This document shows, piece by piece, positions 34,774 to 48,899 of a DNA stretch of 64,000 bases. Origin of the DNA: Anthoceros angustus (lineage: Eukaryota > Plantae > Anthocerotophyta); the NCBI GenBank assembly GCA_010909165.1, contig MU008183.1, positions 496,001-560,000 of the forward strand. Direction: 5' to 3'. A program made the position numbers and the translations under genes. Position 1 is the stretch's first letter, and the number at the start of each line of letters is the position of its first letter. The notes below the pieces were generated by a model. The model was not told the DNA's origin. It saw only the letters and a program-made list of their open reading frames with translations, and did no database searches.

Positions 34774-37589
34774 TCATGTCATTGGAGCCACATCGACTGA
34801 CGTATTTGCTGGGGGAGTTTGAGGATGTGGCGATCCCTCCTCACCAATACCAAATTCCGTTGGATTAAACTTCACCGCTTCCTCCCACATGATACTCGAG
34901 GCTTTTGGACGTCAAGGTAAACCACCTGGTAGCTGCAGTCAGAAGGCCAATTCTAATGTCTATCTCCAATCTATAAAAACAGTGTCACCTATGATGTGGA
35001 ATTTGATGAAGGATACAATCAGTTCCCCACATGTCAGTGAGGCTGACACCAGCATCAGAGAGTAGCCAATAATCAGAATCCGCCTGCAGCCAAAACGCTT
35101 CAGAAGTCAGTGGACTGTCTATCGTATCCTTAGTTTGACAAAGAGGAAGAAGAACAACAGAAGAACTGTAGTCATCTGACTACAGTTCTCCGCAGACAAA
35201 CAGAAAAACGAGGAAACTTACATTCACTTCTGGTGTTATTCTCATGATACCACCAACAAAGTCATGTGGACTACTTGGTTCATGGCCTGGCAACGCTGCT
35301 TCATGGTTCTCAGGTCTTAAATCATCCTCACCCAGGGGCATTGCCACACTGTTCTGCAACTGTGAAGATGGTGGCACAGAAGGGTGAACCAAATCCAGAG
35401 CAGCATTTGCTGTGTTCATATCCTCAAACTTTTCTTCGAAACGGCTGTAATATGGGGCATCCCCACACTCATCAGAGTGTGCAGGCACAAGCCAGACAGA
35501 CAGACGACTGTTTGGAAGAACAGAAATTAGACTACCACACAACTACCACTTACCTCACCAAGTAGACATCAATAGGGCCCATGGTGCTTCGTAGAAGTAT
35601 CTGATAGCGCCTGTGCGGGTACTCCACAGCCTGCTCCAGACACTCACACATGACAAGGTTTGGAGGTGTCAATTTTCCATACAGAAAAGGAGACCAGATA
35701 TTCAGATTTGATGGTGGACTACATGTCACACCTGCACATCATTGTGATGAAAGCTTGGGAAGTAAAAGAGAGAGAATTACAAATCTCAGGTCCTAGGTAT
35801 CATGCCATAAGAGTCTGCATGAAGTAGCACACCACAGATACCAAGAGAAGAGACCTGCACATAGCTTATCCTCATGAAATTGGGCAGACAACTACCTCAT
35901 CTGGGTCCGGAACCTCAAGTGTTGTGCCGTGTGGGGCCTTGATAGCTATCAAAGTCTCATTCTGATCAAAAAGAAGCACATTAGCAGACAGGTACACCAC
36001 ATACAAAACCCTAGGCTCAAGTTTTGGCTGTAGCTACAAACTCAAGGCCACCTGAAAGCATGGTAGACTCTTGATGTCATCTTCAGTTACATAAAGCCAT
36101 CTAGCTTCCAGTTAAGGAGGGACCACCACTGCGTGGCCAAACTTCAGCTGGGGGTTAACAAAATCAAGTCCAACACACGCAACTGGATAGCGCATGTAGG
36201 ATACTGCTTATTGTGTTCGTCTTCGCTCAGAGATTTCAATTTATCTCGCATATCCCTGAGAAAAAAAAGTCATTCAGCAGGAAGAACGACAGGAGTCACC
36301 AAAAACAACCTGGCCAATCTCAGTTCTTAACCTATCCTTGATGAAACTGTTCAATGACAGGAGACAGACCCATAGCATAGCATGATTACAAAACGAGCTG
36401 ATGAGAGGAATGGTTGGAAACAAACAGACCTGATGGTCTCATCGAGCCTTCGCTCTTCCATGTGCATGTTTTCGACCTCTGACTACAAAATGCAAAACAG
36501 AGTCAACAGTGACAGAGATAAACAGCGATACATAACCAGTAATAAAACAAACCATCCGTGCACTTGCAGGGGTTCTGTACGGGAGCTCTCTGTACCTGAA
36601 GCAATGCAACGTCATCCTTTGGTTCACCACTTCGGGAAACACCAAGACCTCTGTCAGAAGCCACCAAACATCAGCAAGTGATGAAAACGAGTCTGCCATA
36701 CTATACGCTCGAACCACATTGCTGTCAACTTTCCAATGAGCAAGGTCACAGAGACGAGCACAGGAGCTTACTTCCATCTTATCCTGTTCTTTAACTTCTT
36801 TTCAATAAGTCCAATCCCCTCAAGCACATTTGTAATGTCGTAGATTCTTCTTTTCTGGACCTGAATCATGAGGGAGACCACAGGGGCCTAAAAAAGGAGA
36901 ACGAAGGGATGGCCAGACGTTGCCATTCACTTCTCACAGCACAATCCAAGCTACAGTACAAATTTTACAAGGCCTATGGCTTAGTCCCTCCTTTACAAAA
37001 TCCTTAAAAAAAACAATTCCTTAAGTTCTCAATCTGAAACACTTCCTAGACCCGCAGAGTTTCTGTCACCAACATTAAGTGTGTCCGCGGCCTTATTGAG
37101 ATCAAGAACGCCATCATCCGCTTGCTTGATGAGATCAATGAACTTTTTTGTCAACAGACCTGCAGGATCACCCCTTCACATCACACACCACTCACGGCCA
37201 AGCAAACCAAACAGAATTCCGAGCAACGTCACCTAACAAAGGCAGGTCAAGATTCTCACCAAGAGAGCTGTCGTACCGACAGGTGCTGTTCGGGGTGGGC
37301 GCACTGGTGGTGGGCGATCCTGAATACAGGCACGCACGTGAGCAGCGAACTAATTCACGAAAAGCTGGGAGCCTGGAATCTAGAACCATTCCCAGCCCAA
37401 GCAAGAAGGCCGCCCCATCCAGGCGGCACGGCAGCCGACGGGGCATTGGCAGCAAGCCCTGGTACAGCTTGGACCATTTTGAAGGTGGATTTTGGCGGGG
37501 CGTGAGCAGCAGTCAGAGTCCGGCTCACCTCCCCGGATGCGGCACTGCAAATTGGACATGGGTCGAGCTTGACTCCTCAAATCCGCCAT
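34774..37589 (-). CDS. E2F: Canonical E2F transcription factor (E2Fa/b-like), multi-exon
   Basis: CRYDSSLG|[85 protein letters not shown], and the Rb-binding DYWLLSD..SLTDMW. Confidence 0.93.
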
Positions 37590-37634
37590 GGCCGGGGCTG
37601 CAAAGGCGTCGCAAGAGCGCGTGAAATCATCGGA

Positions 37635-37643
37635 GGCGGGAAA
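37635..37643 (-). promoter_or_regulatory. E2F-binding consensus TTTCCCGCC in the E2F/LSm2 bidirectional promoter
   Basis: The plus strand reads ggcgggaaa, 46 bp upstream of the E2F ATG. Related TTCCCGCC/TTTCGCCG motifs lie at ~37840-37890. Confidence 0.55.
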
Positions 37644-37982
37644 TGGCGCGTGCGTGCGTCACCTGCCTCCCGGCGCCGACGCTCCGCGCTTCAGTGGCGG
37701 TCCAGGCACCAGCCTCTTTCGTTCTCTTGCGTTGCGTTGCGTCGCGTTGCGTAGCTTTGCAGGCGCTTTAATCTCCCGCCCTCCGCTCCACACCCTCGCG
37801 TTTGCGGACCCTTTCGCCACTTTAGCGCCAATTTCTGACCCCTTTTCGCCGCGGCGAAACCCTCCCGCTCATTCCCGCCCGTCGTTTCGCGTCCAAATCG
37901 ATACATATTTTCTAGGTCACACGCACCGCTGCCGTAGTGTGGCGAATTTCTCTGCTGCTGGAGCTGCGCAATTCCGAGCATC

Positions 37983-38478
37983 ATGGTGAGGTCGGATGCA
38001 ATGTTGCTGTGCTGACAGAAAGCGGATTTGCGATCGGCCTGGATGTTTGTTGAGCTGATTTGTGGTGGAATGGCAAATTTGCGTGCAGTTGTTCTTCTCC
38101 TACTTCAAGGAGCTCGTAGGGAAAGAGGTTACAGTGGAGCTGAAGAATGATTTGGCGATTAGAGGCACGTTGCACTCAGTAGATCAGTACTTGAATATTA
38201 AGCTGGAGAACACACGGGTTGTCGATGAAGCCAAGTATCCACACATGGTGTGTTGCCTGTCAAACTTCTTGTTTCCAGCTCTCTTGCGGAACATGCTATC
38301 TCGCTTTCTGGGAATTGGTCGAATTCATGTCACACTGACGGGAGATTCGGATGTGCAGCTTTCAGTGAAAAATTGCTTCATCAGAGGTTCGGTGGTGCGG
38401 TATGTGCAACTGCCTCCGGACGGGGTGGACGTTGATATTCTACACGACGCAACTCGACGAGAGGCTCGGGGAGCTTGA
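37983..38478 (+). CDS. LSM2: U6 snRNA-associated Sm-like protein LSm2, 3 exons (37983-37985, 38089-38247, 38359-38478)
   Basis: M|LFFSYFKELVGKEVTVELKNDLAIRGTLHSVDQYLNIKL...HM|LSVKNCFIRGSVVRYVQLP, with GT-AG introns. Confidence 0.95.
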
Positions 38479-38877
38479 TACCTCTGGTCAGTGCGTTTCT
38501 TACTAGGTACCCCTAGAAAGAACTTCGGAACCGTGCGACTGAACTTTTCTCCTTAAATCGCCATTGAAAGATAACCTCCACTTAGGTTTGCTTCCTCAGT
38601 TCGTAAGGCTGCCTGCCCCATCGACGATTGATTAATTATGTTCCCGGCGGCAGCGATGTACATGGTATTATTGATCAAGCAGAGTTTAGGGTGAGCTTTT
38701 GTCTCCTTCCAGTGGATCACAGTGTTGCTGCATCGCAGTGTTGCTGGATCACAGTGTTGCTGCTTCCAGACTAGATATTGTTGGCCATGTGAGCTTACTC
38801 AGTTGGTGTCACGCGTCCACCAGTGGACAGCTTGAACCGCACTCAGGCGTGCAAAAAGACCGTTTCATCTAGTCACC

Positions 38878-40579
38878 TCAGTACTTCACAGAAAAGTGCC
38901 TGAGCCAAAGTTCATACATGATCATGTGAAATGCATCATACGCTTCAGGGGGTGTATGCCACTCGAAGTGTCGTCTTGCCTGCAAAAACAGGCCACAAGG
39001 TATCAGGGTTTTCATTCTTTCAGCCACAACCACAGCACAAGATTGATAACTGGACTAGTACTTCGTGAAGAAGAGTGTTGAGCACATTACACCTCAAGAA
39101 ATGAGCGGAAACAGCACAAAGCTCACCTGGCGAACACCAGCATGCAATGCAGCGAACTGGTCTGGAGTCACTGATTCAAGAATGGACCTGAGACTGTAGA
39201 CCTTGTGCTCCGGAAGAATGAGCGCATATTTGTGCCAGTTTATAACATCATTAAAGGGGAGATCATACCAATCAGACAATATGACTGTCACAGCAACACA
39301 AGTAGTCATGTTAGATGACGGAAAGGTGCTCAATCAAGCCCAACTACTGAACAAGAGAAATGCTTTAAGCGGTACAATAACTGAGGCAGCACGAACCTGG
39401 AACACAACCATAGTGGATGGAATCACCAATTCTAGCACTATTCACTTGGGATCCACCTGGGCAAATGCAGAATTTGGTCTTGTAGAAGGTGTTCTGGTAG
39501 ACATGCTCCCCAAGCTCTCGACTTATCCGGTTGTTGCTAATGGAGAGAACAGGATCATTTTGCCAAAGACGGGCTAACACAACTCGAATTTTGGAGTTCC
39601 GGTGCCCAGCCCAGAAACCAAGGAGTGTCCTGTTTGAACAGAAGAAGGTCATCATCCAATTCCAAGGACGACGAAGAAGGGCTGTACGCTTTACGTAGCT
39701 GGCACAAGGGCTGGAACTCACATACCTGTTAGATATATCATCCCCGCCAGGTGGGAGGGGGAAGGGTTGCAGAACCTGGGGCATTGCGACATCCTTGTGC
39801 GGGATGAAACTCCCGTTGTAACTCGGCGAGCATACCACTCGGATAGAATTCTTCACCAGGTGTGCCACATTGTTAGTTGCCCGCGCCCCGACATCATGAC
39901 ATGTCACAAAAAAATGGTCCGCTCCCAGAGTCCGATTCCAGTACGGGTACTTCCCTATCAAAAATTCCACATACTCCTGAACAATGCCTGCCATCTTCTC
40001 GTAGCTGATGCCCTGCATTTGAGGCACCAATTACCTCCTCGACCACTCCCGGCTCCAACCTCCAATTGTGCTCGCGTGCATGCACAAACTCACCTTGCCT
40101 CGCATTCTATGGCAGGAAATGGGGAGGAAGAAGAGGTCGGCCTCAGCAGCGTCCTGCGTCACAAACCGGCTCTCCATGATGTTCTTGAAGAAGTAGCCCT
40201 CGCTGGCGTACTTCCCCGTGAGCTTCCGGGGCGTCTGGAAGTAGGTGTCAGGGTCCCCGTCCGGATACACAAACACCTTGAACTTCTGCTCCATTTCCCT
40301 GTAGTTCCGCATGAACAAATCATGCGAGTGGTAGATGGAATTTTCATGCCCTGGTAGGATAATGGCCGCAGCTCCGGCCTCTTCCTCCTTGCTTTCGGAC
40401 AACTGCGAACTCCCGACATCGCATGCGCTTACGTTCTGTGAGTTGTGTAAGGCCGTCGTGTGCAGCTGGAAGCTGGTTGCGCGGGACCACCGCAGGAAAA
40501 CCAGGACCGCGCAGTAGACGAGACAAAACAGGCATACCGCCTGCAGTAGCCGGCCCCTACCGGAGGAAGCGCCCACCAT
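38878..40579 (-). CDS. Exostosin family glycosyltransferase (GT47), multi-exon
   Basis: N-terminal TM helix, KVFVYPDG..KYASEGYFF, GADHFFVTCHD, FCICPGGSQVNSARIGDSIHYGCVP, DLPFNDVINW, YELWLR. Confidence 0.92.
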
Positions 40580-42952
40580 TTCTGCCACCCCCGGCCCCGG
40601 CTTGTTTCATAATGTTCGGGTGCACATTTCGTTCCCGTGAAGGAGAAAAAAATTAGGAGCGCCCTTGAAGCGGGTTTATTTTACTAGGTACCGGTAGTCG
40701 GGCCTTGGGTTTCTCTCTTCGGTACCGGAAATAAGAAATTGTGAAGTGCTCTTATGTATGGCTGCACGCAATGGGTCAAGTCTAATGCACAAGACGCATT
40801 CAGGAGGCTTTCGTTGGAGAGAACGATTAACTGACGTAAGTGCTCATATTAGGACGATAACTAAAACTTCGAAGACTAGAGGAGGGCACTTGATCACAAC
40901 TTTGGACAAACACTTAGTTAGGTTAGTTGGCCTCAGCCCAATTGCATTTGGTCGTTAGGAAATGTGCACGATTAACACACCACAACAATTGTGATGCTTG
41001 ATTAGGTGAAGCAAGATGGCAAACCGGTCAACCAAAACACAAGTGAACAATATTAAGGACTTGTACCTGGAGCCCTGCTCTTGCACGAGGGTCTTGTCAT
41101 TTCATTATCAAGCCACCTTCTTATACTGTGGGGCATAAATTAATAGGTTACACCTTGCATGGTGCCAAAGGGCACTTTCGTTTTGGGCCTTCCGCTTCCT
41201 ATTTGCTGCCTTAGATCCTAGAAGACACACCTTCCAATACAACCTACTTGGCTATGCTAAAAATCTATACTATGTTTAAACTCACACTTCCACTTAATAG
41301 TATATAGACTTTACATTTTTGTTGTTATTGGACATAAGATATTCTTAGAGGAGATGAAGATTGTGCCACAATCATGCTTTGAGCTAATCACGAGGAGGTG
41401 TCTTGAGGCTTCTACCTTACCTTTCGCAATTCAGAGGATAAGGGATGGGAGAACCTCAGTGAAGGTGTTCCTTGAGCTGCTGCAAGATGTATCTTGGAAA
41501 AGTTGAGAGGATAAGGGACGGGAGGACTTAAGTGAAAGTGTTCCTTGGGCCGTTGCAAAATGTATCCGGAGGAATTTACAACTTTATGTATAAAGTGTGC
41601 ATTTTTTTAAATGAAACAAGTCCGTATTGGGGCTAATGCACTAGCAGCATACTCTTTGTTTTTTTGCAAAATTTTGAGACTTTATAAAGAAAAGGCATGA
41701 AGTACAAAAGTCCTTGTGAACGAAGATTGAGTAATTCTGTCAGGCAATGGAGCAAAACAAAAGGGCCCTTGCAGGGGCCAGGCTAGCAAAGAGGCAACAA
41801 TGTAAACCATGAAAAGCACACTCGGACCTAGCGGACTAGCGGCCTACTCAAGAGCACACGCGTCCCAAAACCACTTGGACAACCCTTCGACCTCGCAAGT
41901 GGGAGCAGGCGCATTCTCAACACATTGGAGCTCGGATACAACTTCCTATACATAGTCCAGCTCAAGCGATCTTTCGAGACGACTGTTTTCCACACTAGTG
42001 GAGCGCAGGATTCCGAAGTGAATATGCTCCTTCAGCTTTGCCTGTCTAGAGCACCTAGTCTGCTTCACACCATTCATAGTGACATTTGCGGCCCCATGTC
42101 AACTACATCATTTGGAGGGGCCTCATACTTTATAACTTTTATTGATGAATGGAGTCGTTACTACACTGTGTACACTCTTCATCATAAGAGTGAGGCACTG
42201 GCCTCTTTTCGTCATTATCTTACTATGTCTCAGAGGCAAACTGGACCAACTATCAAGATACTTCGAACAGATAACGATGGGGAATATGTCAGCCGTGCTT
42301 TCACTGAGTTCTATATTTCAGAGGGAGTTCAACACCAATTCATACCTGCCTTACACTCCTGCTCAAAATGCTTTCGCAGAAAGAAAAAATCGCACTCTAT
42401 AGGAGGCTACCTCATCTAGCCTTGTCTTTGTTGGGCTAGCTAGAGGTTATTGGGCAGAAGCCCTCATGGCGGCAAACTATGTGCAGAATAGACTGCCGAT
42501 TAAAGAGCTGGGCTTGACAACTCCTTATGAACGATGGACTGGTAAGAAGCCTCGAATATCACACTTGCGGATTTTTGGGGCTCTTGCATATGCTTTGGTT
42601 CCATCTTCCCTGCAAACCAAGTTAGACCCCAAGGCTGTGCGACGTATATTTGTTGGCTACTGCGATGCAGTGAAGGGTTACAAGCTCTTTGACCGTGGTA
42701 CTCGCCAACTTTCTTTCTCACGCAATGTGGTATTCCATGAAGCTGCCCTTCTCCGTCACCACCAATCCACTCTTTAACCTAAGGCTACAGCTCCTGCTTA
42801 TTCCGTTCATGGTGTAGATGACACTATTGATTTTTCGGATGATCCTGATGTTTCTATCTTTGACACAGATTTTTCTGAAGTTTCGCCTTCAACGGCTTCA
42901 GGGGGCGCCATCACTTCAGTTCCTGCATCCTCAACACCAAGTACATTTGTCA

Positions 42953-43177
42953 TGTTGGAGTAGAAACTCTGGCGCCACGGATTGGGCTTTAGCACCCAAG
43001 AGTTATAAGGGCACGTTTCGTGCATAGGTAGAGAAATGTTTTAGTTCTTGAAGAGCGATTACGGTAGTTACGCTAGCACTCGAGAGTGCGGTTACAACCG
43101 CATCTCGGACACTATATGCAGGCATTCTCGCTTAGCGTTCAATCATCATAGCTCAATCTAGCATCTTGCTCGCTTTA
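42953..43177 (+). repeat. 5' LTR of copia-2
   Basis: Direct repeat of 61116-61341, followed by a PBS. Confidence 0.9.
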
Positions 43178-43499
43178 TGGTATCGAGCCAAAGGGCCAAG
43201 CTGTCGGCATCGCCACGCCGCCACGCCACGCTACCGGTGTCGCAAGTTCACCGATGGCGCAGCAGCGGATGAGCAGCAATCCCGCATGCAGATCCTGAAA
43301 TCAGCAAGATGCCTAGAAGGCGCACCCCGGCCTCTTACTCTCCCTTGGGGAGAGCGCCTCCAGTGCGACAAGTTATTTGCGGGGACTGCATCAAAGAGAT
43401 GAGCCGCAACTTCGGTCTCAAGTCTCGTCCAGCATCGGTCCCCGCTCAGCCAACCAACCACACGGGATCCCACTCTCTTCCATCACGCCCTCCGGCTTC

Positions 43500-46400
43500 A
43501 CAGCGTTTTGCTAACCGCATGTCTGTAGATTCCGACCGCCTCCAGAGATACCGTCCAGCCAACCTGTTTCCAATCAGAGCCGTCATCACCCATGAAGACC
43601 TCAGCAACCAAATCACAGAGTTGGACTCACAAATCCAATCACTCCACTTTGCATTAGAGAAGATTTATCTTAGCATTAGGTACTAGAGTCGTTAGTACAT
43701 GCTTGCCTTCGATCCACTTAAATCGCACTTCAGAAAATTCAGGAAACTAATGGCAATGGGTACGGTTATCAATACAACGAAGATCGAGTTCCGCGACCGT
43801 GATCGCTTCACAGGAACCGACTTTGACGTGTGGGAAATGTGCATAACTGCGCTTCTCGAGGACCAAGATCTCATGGACATAACCAATGGGACACTCCCTA
43901 TACCCTCTGCTACAACAACCCTGTGGGGACTCCTGACCTGATAGCAACCTGGCAGAAGAAAGATAAGAAGGCCAGAAATTTTCTTATCTTAGCTTTAGAT
44001 AAAACCATGCTTTAGCATACACAGGGGCAGACCACAGCCCATGGGATTTGGAAGGCTTTCAAAGACATGTTCCAATCCCAAAGTTCCATGTCCCTTATAC
44101 ATGCAACAAGACATTTCTACACGCTGAAAATGAAGGAGAATGAGAGTGTGTAGGAGACACAACTTAGGTCCTCACGGGCGGGCTTGCGACCAGGCACAAG
44201 CATCGAGCTCTAGGGTCGCTGCAGAACGCTAACATCTCGCCTCGCCATACAGACGTCATAGCCTGCAACCTTGCCTGATAGTGCACTGTGCACTGAGCCA
44301 CGCCAACTTACACTTTCTCAGAAGTCGTTGGCGCACTCTTGGAGGAAGAATCCAGCCGCTCCAGCAATCCACGCACGAGTCAAGGTGCAAATCATGCCCT
44401 CTTTACTTCTCGAGGCCGAGGAGGAAGATGAGGCAGAGGCGGGGGGAGCTTCTCCGGCAGAAGATCCTCATACCAGCAGTCATCACCTGGAGGATTCAAC
44501 AACTCCAGCCAGCCTCATAAGAAGAACGGGAAGATGCAACTGGTGCCGCATTCCCGGGCACTATGAGCACAAATGCAGGAAGAAACAGTCAGGAGAACCC
44601 CGACGAGACTCACCCAGAAACGAGTCCAACGTGACTACATCAATCAAGTCACCCCCTGCAAGCTCAATTCTAGCCGTTTGCTTGACACTGACTAGAACGG
44701 ACAGCTGCAGATGGTTTTTAGATTCGGGCGCGACGACCCACATCTGTAGCAGTAAGGATATGTTCACATCCTACCATACGGTCAACTTCGACCAGCACGT
44801 CCTCCTCGGAGATGATAGTTCCCTACCAGTCGAAGGCACTGGTGAGGTACAGTTGCGGCTATCTAATGGAGAAACTCTCACCATCAACGCTGCCCTCCAC
44901 GTTCCTGCAATGACAAAGAATTTACTATCATTCCGCAAGCTAGCAACGGAGCACAATCTCATCATTACCTTTCAAGGCAACCATTGCTCCATCTATCATT
45001 CAGATGACAAGACTCAAACTGCTATAGCACATGGACTTCCCTTCAACGACCTGTACCTGCTCAATATTCAGTCGTCTTCAGCACTGGCTGTGGCCAGCTC
45101 CTCATTAGGCAACCTTGACAGCACCAGACTCTGGCATTGTCGAGCAGGGCATATCAAAGGAGGAGTTTTGGAATGATCCAGATCTGGAGTACGCACTAAC
45201 CTTCCAGTCGAAGTAGTGGGTGATGGGTTCCGATCCCTTGCGCCCCTTGTCCACCTTGTATGGGCCCTCGTCTTCATACGTAATGTTGGCAGACGCTTGT
45301 AAAGCGTGGCAAACGACACGATGCAAGCCATTGCAAGCGTAACCATGGATTGCACTGCCATTTCCCTCGCGATGTATCCTGTATCGGTGGCGTGGAAGCT
45401 GGTGTGTTGGAAGTTGGAGCAGGTACTGCCATATCTTTTTCCTTAGGCACAAGGACGAAGCACTCACATGTTTCCAGGAATTTGCCCTAGCAGCAGAAAG
45501 GAAAACTGGTTTACAGGTCAGCACACTCCGCACTGACAACGGAGGAGAGTACACAAGTTACGCCTTCCAGGACTTCTGCAAATCCAAAGGGATTTTCCGC
45601 CAACTCACAGTACCTCACACACCAGCCCGGAACCCATTTGCTGAGCGACTGAATCGCTCCCTTCTTGAGATGTCCAGATCCATACTCAAGCTTTCTGGGC
45701 TCACTCGAGGCTACTGGGCCGAGGCTGTAGCAACATCCAACTATCTGAAGAATAGATTACCCACAAAAGAGCTACCCAACATCACACCCTTTGAGCGCTG
45801 GACAGGGCACAAGCCCCGGATCTCCCATATCAGAATCTTCGGCAGTCCAGCATTTGCTCACATCCTTGACATTAGCAGACGCAAATGGGACGTCGACAAC
45901 AAGGGCAAAAAACTCCTCTTTGTCGGGTATTCAGATCAGGCCAAGGCATATCGCCTTTTTGACCTTTCCACCCGTGAGGTAATACTCTCCAGAAGTGTCC
46001 ACTTCCATGAATCCCTGCTGCTCAACTCCTATGTAGCCTCTTTGTCGTCCCCCCTCCCTGCTCCTAGCATGTCAGGTTTTCTCCACATGGATTCCCCTCT
46101 TTCTCTTGAGGGGGCCACACTCTACGACGACGACCAAGTCCAAGAGGAGAACCACTGCTTACTCGCCTCCAAGAGCCCAAGCACCACCACATGTTTCAGC
46201 CGCCATGTACTACCTGTACTACCTCCTCCACAACTACCGGGACCAACAGTTCTAGATCAGCCACACCATCATGTGATAGATAACCAAGACTTAGACATGA
46301 ATCATATCCCAGTAGTCGAGGTACCCGTGCCAGAACCTTAACCCCCTCCTCTAAGGCGTTCCACACGTAATAGACCGCCAAGCCATCTATGGAAAAATCC

Positions 46401-48215
46401 ACCCTCCGTCCCTAGAGATTCTTTTTCTCGTCAAGCAACCATTCCACCTGTAGAAGCACCAATTCACGCTCAAGCCCAGCCTGACTACGCAGACCCAGTC
46501 CAGCTTGCTCGCATCAAGCTCTTTCAAAGAATTGAAATGCAAGATGTACCGCAAGCATAGAAGAAGCCCTTAGTACGCCCGAGTGGAAGGCATATGTCCA
46601 AATTAACACGACTCCTTAATTGCCAATAATACCGGAAGCTCACCGACACACTGCACTCGCAAACCAATTTTTGTAAATGGACCTCGAAGAATAGATTACC
46701 CACAAAAGAGCTACCCAACATCACACCCTTTGGTATTTGGGACGGGGCTGAGCCCGGATCTCCCATATCGTAATCTTGGCAGTCGGCATTTGCTCACATC
46801 CTTGACATTAGCGCAAATGGGACGCCGACAAGGGCAAAACTCCTCTTTGTCGGGTATTCGGATCGAGCCAAGGCATATCGCCTTTTTGACCTTTCCACCC
46901 GTGAGGTAATACTCTAGAAGTGTCCACTTCCATGAATCCCTGCTGCTCAACTCCTATGTAGCCTCTTTGTCGTCCCCCTCCACGCTCCTAGCATGTCGTT
47001 TCTCCACATGGATTCCCTCTTGCTCTTGAGGGGCCACACTCTCTGACGGCGACCAAGTCCAAGAGGAGAACCCCGGTATTTCGCTCCAGTGGCCCAAGCA
47101 CCACCACATGTTTCAGCCGGCCAGTCTGACCCGTACTACCTCCTCCACAACTACACCAGTTCTAGATCACCACACCATCATGTGATAGATAACCAAGACT
47201 TAGACATGAATCATATCCCGATGGTCGAGGTACCGCAAAACCTTAACCCCCTCCTCTAAGGCGTTCCACGTAATAGACCGCTAAGCCATCTATGGAAAAA
47301 TCCACCCTCCGTCCCTAGAGATTCTTTTTCTCGTCAAGCAACCATTCCACCTGTAGAAGCACCAATTCACGCTCAAGCCCAGCCTGACTACGCAGACCCA
47401 GTCCAGCTTGCTCTGCATCAAGCTCTTTCAGCAATTGAAATGCAAGATGTACCTGCAAGCATAGAAGAAGCCCTTAGTACGCCCGAGTGGAAGGCATATG
47501 TCCAGTCTGAATACGACTCCTTAATTGCCAATAATACCTGGAAGCTCACCGACCTGCCTGCTGGACGCAAACCAATTTTTTGTAAATGGACCTTCGGAAG
47601 AAAACTCAACCCCGATGGGACTGTTTCAAGGTACAAGTCCAGACTGGTAGCCCATGGCTTCACCCAGGTACCAGGCTTTGATTATGAGGAGAACAGACTG
47701 TTCAGCCCTGTGGTGAAGGCAACCTCAATCAGGATACTGCTAGCCTTCGCAGCCCATCATCACCTGCACATCCACCAGGTAGATGTAAAAACGGCATTCT
47801 TGTATGGCACACTACACGAAGATATCTATATGCTTCAACCACCAGGCTTCATCAAGGACAGCAGAAAAGTGTGCAAACTACTCAAGTCTATTTACGGACT
47901 TAAGCAATCTGCACAAGTATGGAACGAAACTGTGGACACGTACCTAAAGAAGTGCGGTTTCATTCCCCTCATCTCCGACACCAGCGTCTACATTCTGAGA
48001 ACAAAGGACAAGTTCGCAATAGTCACACTGTACGTTGACGACAACTTCGTTTTTGGAGACAGTCCCGAGATTATCCAGTATGTGAAAGACCTCCTGTCAA
48101 AGGAGTATGACGTTGTAGACATGGGACCCCTACGGTATGCACTAGGGGTACAGTTCGAACACAACAAGGAGGACCACTCTTTCTTCATGCATCAAGAACA
48201 TTATGTAAATCAATT
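43500..48215 (+). pseudogene. copia-2 gag-pol 5' portion (degenerate; ~0.9-kb duplication at ~45760-46650 and ~46690-47560)
   Basis: FTGTDFDVWE (gag), CNWCRIPGHYEHKC (zinc knuckle), WFLDSGATTHIC (protease), LRTDNGGEY (IN), QVDVKTAFLYG and LYVDD (RT). Confidence 0.9.
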
Positions 48216-48250
48216 ATCAGTGTCTGGGTAGAAAGGGGTTTCTCCAGTAA
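48216..48250 (+). repeat. Left TIR of element B
   Basis: atcagtgtctgggtagaaaggggtttctccagtaa vs the reverse complement of the right end, aacagcgtctgggtagaaaggggtttctccggtaa. Confidence 0.92.
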
Positions 48251-48899
48251 CCCCTTCTTGCACATGTCTAGGGATGGACCCCTTTTTGCGCCATGCAAAA
48301 TCCGAACACAAATCGGCTAGTATGTAGCAAACCCTCGTGTTTTTCCTATAACTAAGAAGCAGTTGCGGACACATAATGTGTGTTATTGAAATGTACAGCA
48401 ATAATGACAGCATGAAACCATAGTCCACCTTGTGGACTTGTGTATATCAGGAAAAATATTACGGTTAAATGCGCAAACATGTGCGCGCCCTCTACACCAA
48501 TGCCTAATTTATGTTCACATTCTCAATCAGTTACTCCTCAAGCGTTTGTGTTTCGATCTCGGGACAATAATGTCATCGTTGATAGGCATGGCGAGGATCG
48601 TGAACCGCAAGATTTTGATCGATGGGTTTGCCCTATAAATCCGCCCATGCCAAGCGTCGTAAATCTTTGAATGTCCCAAGTGGGATCCTTCACCGCTGTT
48701 TCTTGCTCATCGACACGCTTCTTTGGTGTTTGATTCTTTCGTTGTTGCTTTCTCCTTTTTCTTACATGGTCCACAGGATTGACTCAAATCCACGAAGATC
48801 GATGGGAGCGGAAGTGCCATGAGTTAAATGAAGAAAGCGGCCTGGACTTGATAGACCTTCCGCTAACTCCTTTGCGAAAACCGGATGCCCTCGCTTATG

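Noticed and set aside
38716-38765. cacagtgttgctg repeated three times between LSm2 and GT47
   Set aside because: A short local slippage repeat in the 3' region with no further structure.
40700-41920. Possible 5' LTR or gag of copia-3
   Set aside because: No matching repeat near 63.5 kb, and no PBS or gag motif is recognisable. Left unassigned.
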